Under the pieces are notes generated by a model, which was not told where the DNA came from, did not search any database, and saw only the letters and a program-made list of their open reading frames with translations. The position numbers and the translations under genes are program-made. 48,366 bases of DNA from Candidatus Aminicenantes bacterium. Lineage in GTDB: Bacteria > Acidobacteriota > Aminicenantia > UBA2199. Below are positions 8,012 to 16,516 of the stretch, in pieces. Each line of letters starts with the position of its first letter. Position 1 is the stretch's first letter. The DNA lies in assembly GCA_030612495.1 (NCBI GenBank), contig JAUWNT010000001.1, positions 1 to 48,366 on the forward strand, written 5' to 3'.

Positions 8012-9484
8012 ATGAAGAAAGATATTATTCTTATTTCTCTATATATTATAACATCATCTTATCTGTTATTTTCAGAAACAAATAATAAATGGGATGAACA
8101 GCTATATAAATATTCTGAAATTTTTTCAATCATAAAAAAGCATTTCCCTAAAAAAATCAATGAAGAAAAAATAGTTTTTTCTTCAATTAGAGGGTTTCTA
8201 AAAAAACTCGACCCACATTCTTATTTTCTTGACCCTATAGCTTTTAGATCAATGTTTGAAGACCAGAGTGGTAATTATTACGGAATCGGAACAAAAATAA
8301 CTAAATATGGAGACAATCTGACCATTATTGCTCCATTAAAAGATTCACCAGCTTACAAATTGGGAATAAAACCAGGTGATATAATTATCAGCATAAATGG
8401 GAAAGATGCAAGAAACATGAGCCTTGATGAAGCTATGAAAAAATTAAGAGGTTCAAAAGGTACTTATGTAAATATAAAAATAATAAGAGAAGGAATAAAC
8501 AATCCTATTCCCTTTAGAATTAAGAGAGCTGAAATTCCTTTAAATTCTATTTCATATTCCATAGTCCATCCAGAAGAAGCTGAAATTGGATTTATAAGTA
8601 TCAGAACTTTTAGTAACACAACCTGTGAAGAATTTAAGCACTCTTTAGATCTATTAATAAAAAAGGGGAATATAAAAGCTTTAATTCTCGATTTAAGAGG
8701 GAATTCTGGAGGATCACTCTATGCTGCTGTTGAAATTTCTGATTTTTTCCTTGGAAAAGGGAAACTCATTGTTTCCATAAAAGGGAGGAATACAAACCAG
8801 TATTTCTTTGCAAAAAAAAACAACCAATACGAAAACCTCCCCATTGCAGTTTTAATAAATAGAGGAAGTGCTAGTGCCTCTGAGATTGTTGCAGCAGCAC
8901 TTCAATATCATAAAAAAGCAACAATAATTGGGAGAAGATCATGGGGAAAGGGCTTTGTGGAAACAGTTCATAAGTTATCATTGAAATGTGCACTCGCATT
9001 AACTACAGCAAAATATTATACACCTGCAGGTAAATGCGTTCAAAGAGATTTTAAAGAACTTGATGATTATTTTTTCTTTCTAAATAAAAACTATGATTAT
9101 GACAAAAACATTGAAGGAGGAGTAATTCCTGATATATATATAAAAAATGATGTTTTACCAACACCAATCGTAAATTTCATATCAAAAGGAATATTTTTCA
9201 AATTCTCAATGAATTTAATAAACAGCAACTTAAAAATAAGAAAAAATTTTAAAATAGATAAAAAAATTATAAATAAATTTAAGGATTTTTTAAAAAAAAA
9301 TAAGATAGAATATAACCAAACTGAGCTAGAACATTACCTAAAAAACATTAAATATGAAATAGAAAGAGAAGTTGTATCTAATAAATTCTCTGCTGAGGAG
9401 GGGTTAAAAATATTTTTGAAATCTGACTTAGTTACAAAAAAAGCAGTGGAAATCTTAAAACATAAGATAGAAAAAGGAGCTTAA
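8012..9484 (+). CDS. Carboxyl-terminal processing protease (peptidase S41, PDZ domain), secreted
   Basis: N-terminal hydrophobic signal. PDZ region: GIGTKITKYGDNLTIIAPLKDSPAYKLGIKPGDIIISING. S41 motifs: LILDLRGNSGGSL, LINRGSASASEIVAAALQ, and a GKG region. Confidence 0.88.
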   Translation: MKKDIILISLYIITSSYLLFSETNNKWDEQLYKYSEIFSIIKKHFPKKINEEKIVFSSIRGFLKKLDPHSYFLDPIAFRSMFEDQSGNYYGIGTKITKYGDNLTIIAPLKDSPAYKLGIKPGDIIISINGKDARNMSLDEAMKKLRGSKGTYVNIKIIREGINNPIPFRIKRAEIPLNSISYSIVHPEEAEIGFISIRTFSNTTCEEFKHSLDLLIKKGNIKALILDLRGNSGGSLYAAVEISDFFLGKGKLIVSIKGRNTNQYFFAKKNNQYENLPIAVLINRGSASASEIVAAALQYHKKATIIGRRSWGKGFVETVHKLSLKCALALTTAKYYTPAGKCVQRDFKELDDYFFFLNKNYDYDKNIEGGVIPDIYIKNDVLPTPIVNFISKGIFFKFSMNLINSNLKIRKNFKIDKKIINKFKDFLKKNKIEYNQTELEHYLKNIKYEIEREVVSNKFSAEEGLKIFLKSDLVTKKAVEILKHKIEKGA

Positions 9485-10933
9485 ATGGGTAAAAATAATG
9501 ATTTTGTAAAACAAATAACAAAGAAATCTGAAGATTTTTCAAAATGGTATATTGATGTAATTAAAAGAGCAAAACTTGCAGATTACTCACCCATGAAGGG
9601 AATGATGGTAATTAGACCTTATGGTTATGAGATCTGGGAATTGATAAAAGAGAATTTGGATAGAATGCTCAAAGAGACTGGACATAGAAACGCCTATTTC
9701 CCTCTACTTATTCCAGAAAGTTTCTTAAAAAAAGAAGCTGAACATGTCAAAGGTTTTGCTCCTGAAGTTGCGTGGGTTACTATTGGAGGTAACGAAGTAT
9801 TGGAAGAAAGATTAGCAATAAGACCAACTTCAGAAGCAATTATATGTTCTATGTACTCTAAATGGATTAAATCATGGCGAGATCTTCCTTTATTAATAAA
9901 TCAATGGGCAAATATTGTAAGGTGGGAAAAGGTCACAAGGCCTTTTTTAAGAACCACTGAATTTTTATGGCAAGAAGGCCACACAGTGCATTCAAGTTAT
10001 GAAGAAGCTGAAGAGGAAACCTTGAAAATATTAGATATTTATAAAACCCTTGCTGAAAAATATTTGGCAATTCCAGTTATTCCAGGCTTAAAATCAGAAA
10101 ATGAAAAATTTGCTGGTGCTCTGAGAACCTATTGCATTGAAGCATTAATGCCCGATGGTAAGGCATTACAAATGGGTACTTCTCATAATCTTGCTCAAAA
10201 TTTTTCAAAAGCATTTAATATAAAGTTTGAAAATAAAAAACAGGAGATTGAGTTTGCATGGCAAACCTCATGGGGTGTGACAACCCGGTTAATAGGTGCA
10301 TTGATAATGACACATGGTGATGATTCAGGCTTAATTCTACCACCTGAAATTTCCCCATTCCAAGCAGTAATTATTCCAATAGCAAAAGGGAATTACACAA
10401 AAAGCATTCTATCAGAAGCAAAAAAAATCCATAATAAATTGAAAGAAAAAGGAATTAGATCTTGTCTGGATGATAGAGACTCGTATACTCCAGGCTGGAA
10501 ATTTTCTGAATGGGAATTAAAAGGAGTTCCTGTCCGAATAGAAATCGGACCAAAAGATTTAGAAAAAGGACAAGTTGTGCTTGTAAACAGGATTGACAGA
10601 AACAAAATATTTGTAAAACAAGAAAATTTATTAAGTACATTAAAGGAATTGTTAAATGAAATTCAAATCAAACTTTTCAATAGAGCAAAAGATTTTAGAG
10701 AAAATAACACTAATAATGTGGAAAGATTTTCCGAATTAAAAGAAATTATTGAAACAAAAAAAGGATTCATAAAAACTGGATGGTGCGGTTCAAATAAGTG
10801 TGAAAAAGAAGTGAAAGAGAAAACTTCCGCAACAATAAGAGCTATTATCAATGAAAAGAATTCTAATTTTAAAAAATGCGCCATTTGTGGAAAAAAAGCC
10901 AAGCACACAGTCCTATTTGCAAAATCATATTAA
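9485..10933 (+). CDS. proS: Proline--tRNA ligase (archaeal/eukaryote-like class II type, C-terminal zinc-binding region, terminal Tyr)
   Basis: FSKWYIDVIKRAKLADYSPMKGMMVIRPYGYEIWE, LAIRPTSE, RTTEFLWQEGHT, SWGVTTRLIGALIMTHGDD, C-terminal CGS..C...C.IC and ...SY end. GGAG SD upstream. Confidence 0.93.
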   Translation: MGKNNDFVKQITKKSEDFSKWYIDVIKRAKLADYSPMKGMMVIRPYGYEIWELIKENLDRMLKETGHRNAYFPLLIPESFLKKEAEHVKGFAPEVAWVTIGGNEVLEERLAIRPTSEAIICSMYSKWIKSWRDLPLLINQWANIVRWEKVTRPFLRTTEFLWQEGHTVHSSYEEAEEETLKILDIYKTLAEKYLAIPVIPGLKSENEKFAGALRTYCIEALMPDGKALQMGTSHNLAQNFSKAFNIKFENKKQEIEFAWQTSWGVTTRLIGALIMTHGDDSGLILPPEISPFQAVIIPIAKGNYTKSILSEAKKIHNKLKEKGIRSCLDDRDSYTPGWKFSEWELKGVPVRIEIGPKDLEKGQVVLVNRIDRNKIFVKQENLLSTLKELLNEIQIKLFNRAKDFRENNTNNVERFSELKEIIETKKGFIKTGWCGSNKCEKEVKEKTSATIRAIINEKNSNFKKCAICGKKAKHTVLFAKSY

Positions 10934-10967
10934 ATCATTTTACGGAGAATGTTTATTCTTTTTATAT

Positions 10968-10995
10968 TTGAAAAAATAATTTTTAATGCTATAAT
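10968..10995 (+). promoter_or_regulatory. Candidate sigma-70 promoter placed for a leaderless transcript of the zinc-ribbon/FHA gene
   Basis: TTGAAA (10968-10973), 16-nt spacer, TATAAT (10990-10995), 6 nt (tagaat), ATG at 11002. No SD. Confidence 0.5.
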
Positions 10996-11001
10996 TAGAA
11001 T

Positions 11002-11529
11002 ATGATTATTGAATGCCCAAACTGCAATACTAAATATACTGTTCCAGATGAAAAAATCAAAGGCTCAACAAAATTAAAATGTTCAAAATGCCATGCATTG
11101 TTCTCAATAAAAGAAATCGAAGAAGACTCTTCCAGTAAAAAGGATACTGCAAAAATAATCAATAGACCTGTAAGCGATTCCTTGTGGACAAATGAAAATT
11201 TACAACTTCCTGATGATGTAAAAATATCAATCGCTGTTATAAAAGGAGCAAGAGCTGGCTTTATTTATAAGGTGACAAAACCTTATATTTTAGTTGGCAG
11301 AGGTAAAGTTGACTTAATAATTCCTGACAAAGAAGTCTCAAGAAAACATCTTGCTATTGAAATTAGATACGATAAAATATTTCTAAGAGATTTAGGCAGT
11401 ACAAATGGAACCTTTATAGATGACAACAGAGTCTCAATAACTAGAATTACTGACCAAACAGAATTTAAAATTGGACAGACTACAATGATGTTAATTGCAA
11501 CTCCAATAATTAAAGATTTCGATAAATAA
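11002..11529 (+). CDS. MJ0042-type zinc-ribbon + FHA domain protein
   Basis: N-terminus IECPNCNTKYTVPDEKI...KLKCSKCHALF (CxxC...CxxC zinc ribbon). C-terminal FHA signature: ILVGRGKVDLIIPDKEVSRKHLAIEIRYDKIFLRDLGSTNGTFIDDNRV. Confidence 0.8.
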   Translation: MIIECPNCNTKYTVPDEKIKGSTKLKCSKCHALFSIKEIEEDSSSKKDTAKIINRPVSDSLWTNENLQLPDDVKISIAVIKGARAGFIYKVTKPYILVGRGKVDLIIPDKEVSRKHLAIEIRYDKIFLRDLGSTNGTFIDDNRVSITRITDQTEFKIGQTTMMLIATPIIKDFDK

Positions 11530-11530
11530 T

Positions 11531-13165
11531 TTGTGGAAATCAATAAAACTCTTCATAAACTTATTAATAGCATCAATTGTATTTAACTTATTCATCACAA
11601 CACTCATTTTACTATTAAATCCACAAATTATATTAAATACAAGGGAATTTTTTATACTATATTTTGATTTATTTATTTTTTATGGGCCATTGTGGCTTAT
11701 CTTTAGTGGAGTAGTTTTCTTTATAACTCAATTTTTTTCTGGAAAAAAATATCAAATTGGAATCTTATTTCCACCTACGATAACATATTTTTTATCATTT
11801 ACTATTTTTGTAATTTCCTTTATTTTATACTTTAATTATGATTATTATTCCAGTTTTTTCCCAAGCAATATAAAATTCGAATTCTTAAAAATTCTTTTAA
11901 CAAACCTTATACTAATAATAACAAGTATTCTATTTTTAACAATAAAAAAGGTTAATAAGAAATGGATACAAACCTTTTTTCTTATAATTTTGTTGTATAA
12001 TATTATCATATGTTACAGCTCAACAATATATAACAACAACTCTTACATGAATAATATAGATACAGATAAAAAAAAATTCTCTCAAGAAGTATCACCAAGA
12101 AAAATTAGAATTGTAATAATGGATGGTCTATCCTCAAATTTCATTCTTTCACTCTCATCTGAGCAAAAATTACTGAATTTCAAATACCTTATGAATAATG
12201 GTGTGAGAGGGAGTATTACAACCTTCAAACCAAATCTTAATCTCTCATTAATGAATTCAGGCTTAACTGGACTTAAACCATCTGAATTCGATTTACATTC
12301 AAACAATAAATTTAAATTCCCGGATCTTGAATACGAATTCAATGTTTTCCCAAGATATATATTTTTCAGATATTCTTCAAACTTTAAATTTACACTATTT
12401 TACAAAACTAATAATGATAGGGTTATTGATAACATAAAAAAATATTATGAAACCAACAACTATAAAACAGCTCAACTTATTAATCCCTTTTATGTGCCAA
12501 TGTACTCAAAAAAATCATTATATAGGAATAACCTCTTTATCCATTTGTATTCTGATATTATTAATAAAGAGAGCCCAAAATATGAAATATTAAAGAAATC
12601 ATTCTTTTTTGATGACTATTTAAAAAATAGAATTCCCGAATTAAAAAATAGTGAAATTTTCTATTCCACTGTTCGGATGCCAGGCCTCGGTACAATAAGT
12701 AAATACTTTTACCAATATTACATGAATTATTTATTTCCAAACATACCTAGAAAAGAGATAAAAAAATATAAATGGATTATCGAAAAATACTATGAATATT
12801 ATGATTCTATAATTGGAAATTTAATAAGTACTACTGGAGAAAATGAGTTACTTGTAATTTTAAGTTTTTTCGAATATGAACCCTTACCTGTATGGAGAAG
12901 AATTCTAGTCAATCTATTCGTTCATAAAGATATTTATGTATATAAATCCCTCAACTCTAAGGGAACAATATTTTTATATGAAAAAAGTGCTTTAAAAAAG
13001 GATTACCCCTTAAAAAGCATATCAATATTTGATATATTTCCAACCCTATTGTATTATTCAGGGTTTCAACTTTCAAAAAATTTGCATGGTGAAGTTATAA
13101 AAGAGATATTTACAGATGAATTTCTTTTAAATAACCCCATTGACATAAATACAAATTACAGGTAG
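11531..13165 (+). CDS. Polytopic membrane protein with C-terminal alkaline-phosphatase-superfamily-like domain (possibly degenerate)
   Basis: About 5 hydrophobic helices in the first ~165 aa. Then RIVIMDGLSSNFI and KPNLNLSLMNSGLTGLKPSEFDL, which resemble the 'DG' metal site and 'TG..P..HG' motifs of type-I phosphodiesterase/sulfatase-like enzymes, with HG replaced. TTG start is 2 nt after the FHA gene stop. Confidence 0.4.
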   Translation: MWKSIKLFINLLIASIVFNLFITTLILLLNPQIILNTREFFILYFDLFIFYGPLWLIFSGVVFFITQFFSGKKYQIGILFPPTITYFLSFTIFVISFILYFNYDYYSSFFPSNIKFEFLKILLTNLILIITSILFLTIKKVNKKWIQTFFLIILLYNIIICYSSTIYNNNSYMNNIDTDKKKFSQEVSPRKIRIVIMDGLSSNFILSLSSEQKLLNFKYLMNNGVRGSITTFKPNLNLSLMNSGLTGLKPSEFDLHSNNKFKFPDLEYEFNVFPRYIFFRYSSNFKFTLFYKTNNDRVIDNIKKYYETNNYKTAQLINPFYVPMYSKKSLYRNNLFIHLYSDIINKESPKYEILKKSFFFDDYLKNRIPELKNSEIFYSTVRMPGLGTISKYFYQYYMNYLFPNIPRKEIKKYKWIIEKYYEYYDSIIGNLISTTGENELLVILSFFEYEPLPVWRRILVNLFVHKDIYVYKSLNSKGTIFLYEKSALKKDYPLKSISIFDIFPTLLYYSGFQLSKNLHGEVIKEIFTDEFLLNNPIDINTNYR

Positions 13166-13239
13166 TTATAAAACTATATTGCAAACAAAACAGTTAAAAG
13201 GATTCATGAATTTATCTTCACATTGTTTTTCAGATCAAA

Positions 13240-13268
13240 TTGACTGGCAATAGTAATTCATTTATAAT
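13240..13268 (+). promoter_or_regulatory. Candidate sigma-70 promoter (consensus-like) placed for a leaderless lipoprotein transcript
   Basis: TTGACT (13240-13245), 17-nt spacer, TATAAT (13263-13268), 7 nt, ATG at 13276. The ORF-track TTG start at 13240 coincides with the -35 hexamer. Confidence 0.55.
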
Positions 13269-13275
13269 CACATTA

Positions 13276-14700
13276 ATGAGAAAAATTATAATAATCTCAA
13301 TAATTTTACTGTTATTTTTGTCATGCAAAAAAAAACCTAAAACTATCCCTGAGATCACTTCAGCTCTTAATGACAAAAAGTTATATGAAATTAAAGATAA
13401 CAATAAAAACTTTAAATTATTAAAATCAAATTCAAATCTTATTTTACTAAATTCAAATGGAGAAATTTTTAAATTTAATATTGACAAAAACATCTTTGAT
13501 TCTTTATACAAGATTAATACAAAAATTGATTCAAAGATATTCAATCAAAACAATAAAATCATTTTTAACGAACTGAACTCAAACATATATATGATTTTTG
13601 ATTTAAATAAAAACAAAATAATCAAGACAATAAAAAATATTAAAATTGATAATCTTATTGAAATTGACAAAGAATATTTAATTTTTTTAAGAGAAAAAGA
13701 ATTGGTTTTTTACAACCTCAAGAAAAATAAAATTATAAAAAAACTTAATACAAAAGGAGAAATTTTTTACAATAGCAAATATAACGACAACAGTGTATTA
13801 CTTCTCTCCAGCAAAAAATTCTACATATTCAACAAGAAAAACAATAATTTAAAAACACTAAAATTAAAAGATAGAGCAAGCTCAGGATTCCTTTTAGAAG
13901 GGGATTGCATATACTATGGTTCAGAAAAAAGAGAACTAATAAAATTTAAATATAAAAAGAACAAAATTAAGTGGAAACTTAAATTGTCAAAAGTATTAAC
14001 CATTGAGCCAAAAAAAATAGGAAAATACATAATTGTAACTCCTGAAGATAATAATATTTATTTTTTTAACAAAAATGGGAATCTCTACTGGTGGGAAAAA
14101 TTCGATTCAACAAGGCTTAAATCTCCTATAATAATGAAAAAAAATGTCTGTGTGTTCTTAATGCCAGCATACTCTCCAAATTTAAAATTTTATGATTTTA
14201 AAAACAAAAATATAATTACGTATAAACTAAATTACATAATAAAGAGTAACCCAATTTACTTAAATAATTCTATCTATATATTGGTATGCGAAGAGAAAAA
14301 TAAAGAAATAAGCATTTTAAAAATAGGAAATAAATATAATGTTGACATAAAAATAACACCAGAGTTTTTAAAGCCCTTAGGAAAATCAATAAAGTTTGAT
14401 TTACAACCAAACAACCTTATCGAACCTGAATTAAAAATTAATATCCTTGATAAGTCAAAAAATAAGGTTTTTGAAAAATTAATAAAAAATCGAGAGTCTC
14501 TGTCTTTTGTATGGATACCTGACAAACCTGGAACCTATACTGTGGTTATAAAAGTAAATTCAAAAAATCAAAAAAAATTTGAAGTAGAACAAAATTTTAA
14601 TGTTGTAGATTTAGATAAAATCCTCAGAGAATATCTTTTTAAATTACAAAAGGGGTGCAAATTAGATTTAATAAACAATGGAGTTAAAAAAAATAATTAG
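13276..14700 (+). CDS. Probable lipoprotein, beta-propeller-like (PQQ/BamB-like repeats?) hypothetical protein
   Basis: Re-started at the internal ATG. MRKIIIISIILLLFLSCKKK is a signal peptide with a lipobox-like LSC. Repeated N/K-rich segments with motifs such as NGNLYWWEKFDS suggest propeller blades. No confident family assignment. Confidence 0.55.
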   Translation: MRKIIIISIILLLFLSCKKKPKTIPEITSALNDKKLYEIKDNNKNFKLLKSNSNLILLNSNGEIFKFNIDKNIFDSLYKINTKIDSKIFNQNNKIIFNELNSNIYMIFDLNKNKIIKTIKNIKIDNLIEIDKEYLIFLREKELVFYNLKKNKIIKKLNTKGEIFYNSKYNDNSVLLLSSKKFYIFNKKNNNLKTLKLKDRASSGFLLEGDCIYYGSEKRELIKFKYKKNKIKWKLKLSKVLTIEPKKIGKYIIVTPEDNNIYFFNKNGNLYWWEKFDSTRLKSPIIMKKNVCVFLMPAYSPNLKFYDFKNKNIITYKLNYIIKSNPIYLNNSIYILVCEEKNKEISILKIGNKYNVDIKITPEFLKPLGKSIKFDLQPNNLIEPELKINILDKSKNKVFEKLIKNRESLSFVWIPDKPGTYTVVIKVNSKNQKKFEVEQNFNVVDLDKILREYLFKLQKGCKLDLINNGVKKNN

Positions 14701-14703
14701 ATA

Positions 14704-15630
14704 ATGGAAAATTTAATTTTATTCCTAAAAAAAAGAAAAATAAAATATTTTAAAAACAAAGATATCAAAGGTTACACAACTATAAAAATTGGAGGCAAGG
14801 TAAGCTTAATTATTATAATAAACACATACTCTAAACTTATAGAACTTATATTAAAAGTTAAAAAACAAAAATATCCATTTATTCTGCTTGGGGGTGGGAG
14901 TAATGTAGTATTCCCAGATAATAATTCTAAATTAGTAGTTATCATTAATAAAACCTCAAATATAACCAGGTTATCTGGAAATTTAATTAAAATAAACTCT
15001 GGTGTTACAATCAAGAACCTCACAAAATGGTGTGTTGGGAATAAAATAGGAGATCTGGAATTTCTTTCAGGAATCCCCGGAACAATAGGAGGAGCAACTG
15101 CTGTAAATGCAGGAGCTTTTGGGAAATCTGTATCTGACAATTTAGAAAAAGCTGAAATATTAACGGAAAAAGGTGAAATAAAAATTGTTGATAAAAAATA
15201 TTTTCGATTTGAATACAGAAACTCTATTTTTAAATATGGCAAAGAAGTTATCTTAAATGTATTCTTACAATACATAAATCAGAACGAGAATAAAATTAAA
15301 GAGAAAATCACATCCCATATTAGACATAGGAAACAAAGTCATCCTTCTTATAAATGTTTCACTGCAGGATGCTTTTTTAAAAATCCAGTAAAAAACAATA
15401 AAAGAATTTCAGCAGGGGAAATAATTGAAGATTCAAGATTAAAAGGATTTCATGACAATAATCTCCTAATGTCCGAAAAACATTCGAATTTTTTAATAAA
15501 CAAAGGTAATGCAAGTTTTAGAGATCTCATTGATTTTGAAAACAATATTACTCAAGAGATCCTTAAAAGTGAAGGTATTAAACTTGAAAGGGAAGTTATC
15601 TATATTACTTCTGATGGTGAAAAATGTTAA
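14704..15630 (+). CDS. murB: UDP-N-acetylenolpyruvoylglucosamine reductase
   Basis: TTIKIGGKVSL, ILLGGGSNVVFPD, LEFLSGIPGTIGGATAVNAGAFG, FEYRNS, GCFFKNP, and SEKHSNFLIN motifs are typical of type-II MurB. Confidence 0.9.
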   Translation: MENLILFLKKRKIKYFKNKDIKGYTTIKIGGKVSLIIIINTYSKLIELILKVKKQKYPFILLGGGSNVVFPDNNSKLVVIINKTSNITRLSGNLIKINSGVTIKNLTKWCVGNKIGDLEFLSGIPGTIGGATAVNAGAFGKSVSDNLEKAEILTEKGEIKIVDKKYFRFEYRNSIFKYGKEVILNVFLQYINQNENKIKEKITSHIRHRKQSHPSYKCFTAGCFFKNPVKNNKRISAGEIIEDSRLKGFHDNNLLMSEKHSNFLINKGNASFRDLIDFENNITQEILKSEGIKLEREVIYITSDGEKC

Positions 15631-15659
15631 TAAAACTTATAAAAAAAGGAGATTAATAA

Positions 15660-16511
15660 ATGAATACAAAAAGAATACAAATATCTTTAATTTTATTTTC
15701 CATATTTATTTTCAATAATCATTCAGTTTCTGGAAAAATAAAACCAGAAAAAGAATTAATAGAGCAAAGAAAAAACTGCATTATTGTTTATGGTGATACC
15801 AGAACCAATCATAACATACACAGAGAAATTGTAAATTCAATAATTAAACTAAAACCAGTAGCAGTTTTCCATACAGGTGACCTTGTTGCAAATGGGAATG
15901 TTAAAAAACAATGGCACATCTTTAATAACATCATTAAAGACCTTTTAAAAATTACCAAATTCTATCCTGCTTTAGGGAATCATGAAAGAAATTCTCATTT
16001 ATATTTTGATAATTTTAAATTACCAAATAACGAAAGATGGTATGCTGTTGATATTGGAAACATACATTTTATTATCCTTGATACAAACCCGAAAATAGAA
16101 AAAGACTCCAAACAATACAATTGGTTGGAAAATGATTTAAAGAATATAAAGCCAAATATAAAGTATAAAATCGCTATTTTTCATCATCCACCTTTTAGTT
16201 CAGGACCTCATAGAGAAGATGAAAAAGATTTAAGAAAATCAATTATTCCTTTATTTGAAAAATATGGTTTAGATATAGCATTCAATGGACATGATCATAT
16301 ATATGAAAGATTATTTCGCAATAACATTTTTTATATTGTTACAGGTGCAGGGGGAGCTCCTTTATATGAGAAAAAAAGAGAGATCCCATTCAGTCAAAAA
16401 TTCATCTCCGAATATAGTTTTTGCTGTATGTACAAAAAAGAGGAGAAACTAATTATTGATGTTTTTGACAGAAAACTAAAATTAATTGACAGTTTTTATA
16501 TAAAAAAATAA
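15660..16511 (+). CDS. Secreted calcineurin-like metallophosphoesterase
   Basis: Signal peptide. Motifs: YGDTRTN, HTGDLV, GNHE, FHHPPFSSGPH, GHDHIYER. GGAG SD upstream. Confidence 0.85.
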   Translation: MNTKRIQISLILFSIFIFNNHSVSGKIKPEKELIEQRKNCIIVYGDTRTNHNIHREIVNSIIKLKPVAVFHTGDLVANGNVKKQWHIFNNIIKDLLKITKFYPALGNHERNSHLYFDNFKLPNNERWYAVDIGNIHFIILDTNPKIEKDSKQYNWLENDLKNIKPNIKYKIAIFHHPPFSSGPHREDEKDLRKSIIPLFEKYGLDIAFNGHDHIYERLFRNNIFYIVTGAGGAPLYEKKREIPFSQKFISEYSFCCMYKKEEKLIIDVFDRKLKLIDSFYIKK

Positions 16512-16516
16512 AAAAT

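Noticed and set aside
10393-10908. Antisense ORFs inside proS. Similar antisense ORFs lie inside other confident genes: 11283-11543, 12082-12342, 13230-13544, 14274-14525, 14772-15275, 16748-16948, 18126-18317, 19080-19337, 20562-20954, 21040-21234, 21494-21691, 22899-23348, 23317-23514, 23671-23901, 27200-27466, 29586-29936, 31597-31800, 34424-34618, 36053-36439, 36884-37201, 37232-37504, 37885-38184, 40824-41051, 42031-42339, 42740-42931, 43263-43454, 47169-47369
   Set aside because: All lie opposite, or out of frame within, genes that have strong family motifs. They are L/F/S/I-rich, as expected from AT-rich antisense strands. None has an SD or a recognisable domain.
15509-15718. 69-aa plus-strand ORF bridging the murB end and the metallophosphoesterase start. 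Two similar out-of-frame ORFs: 18323-18526 and 27452-27637.
   Set aside because: These are out-of-frame overlaps with confident genes, or read-through into convergent intergenic DNA. No motifs or SD were found.
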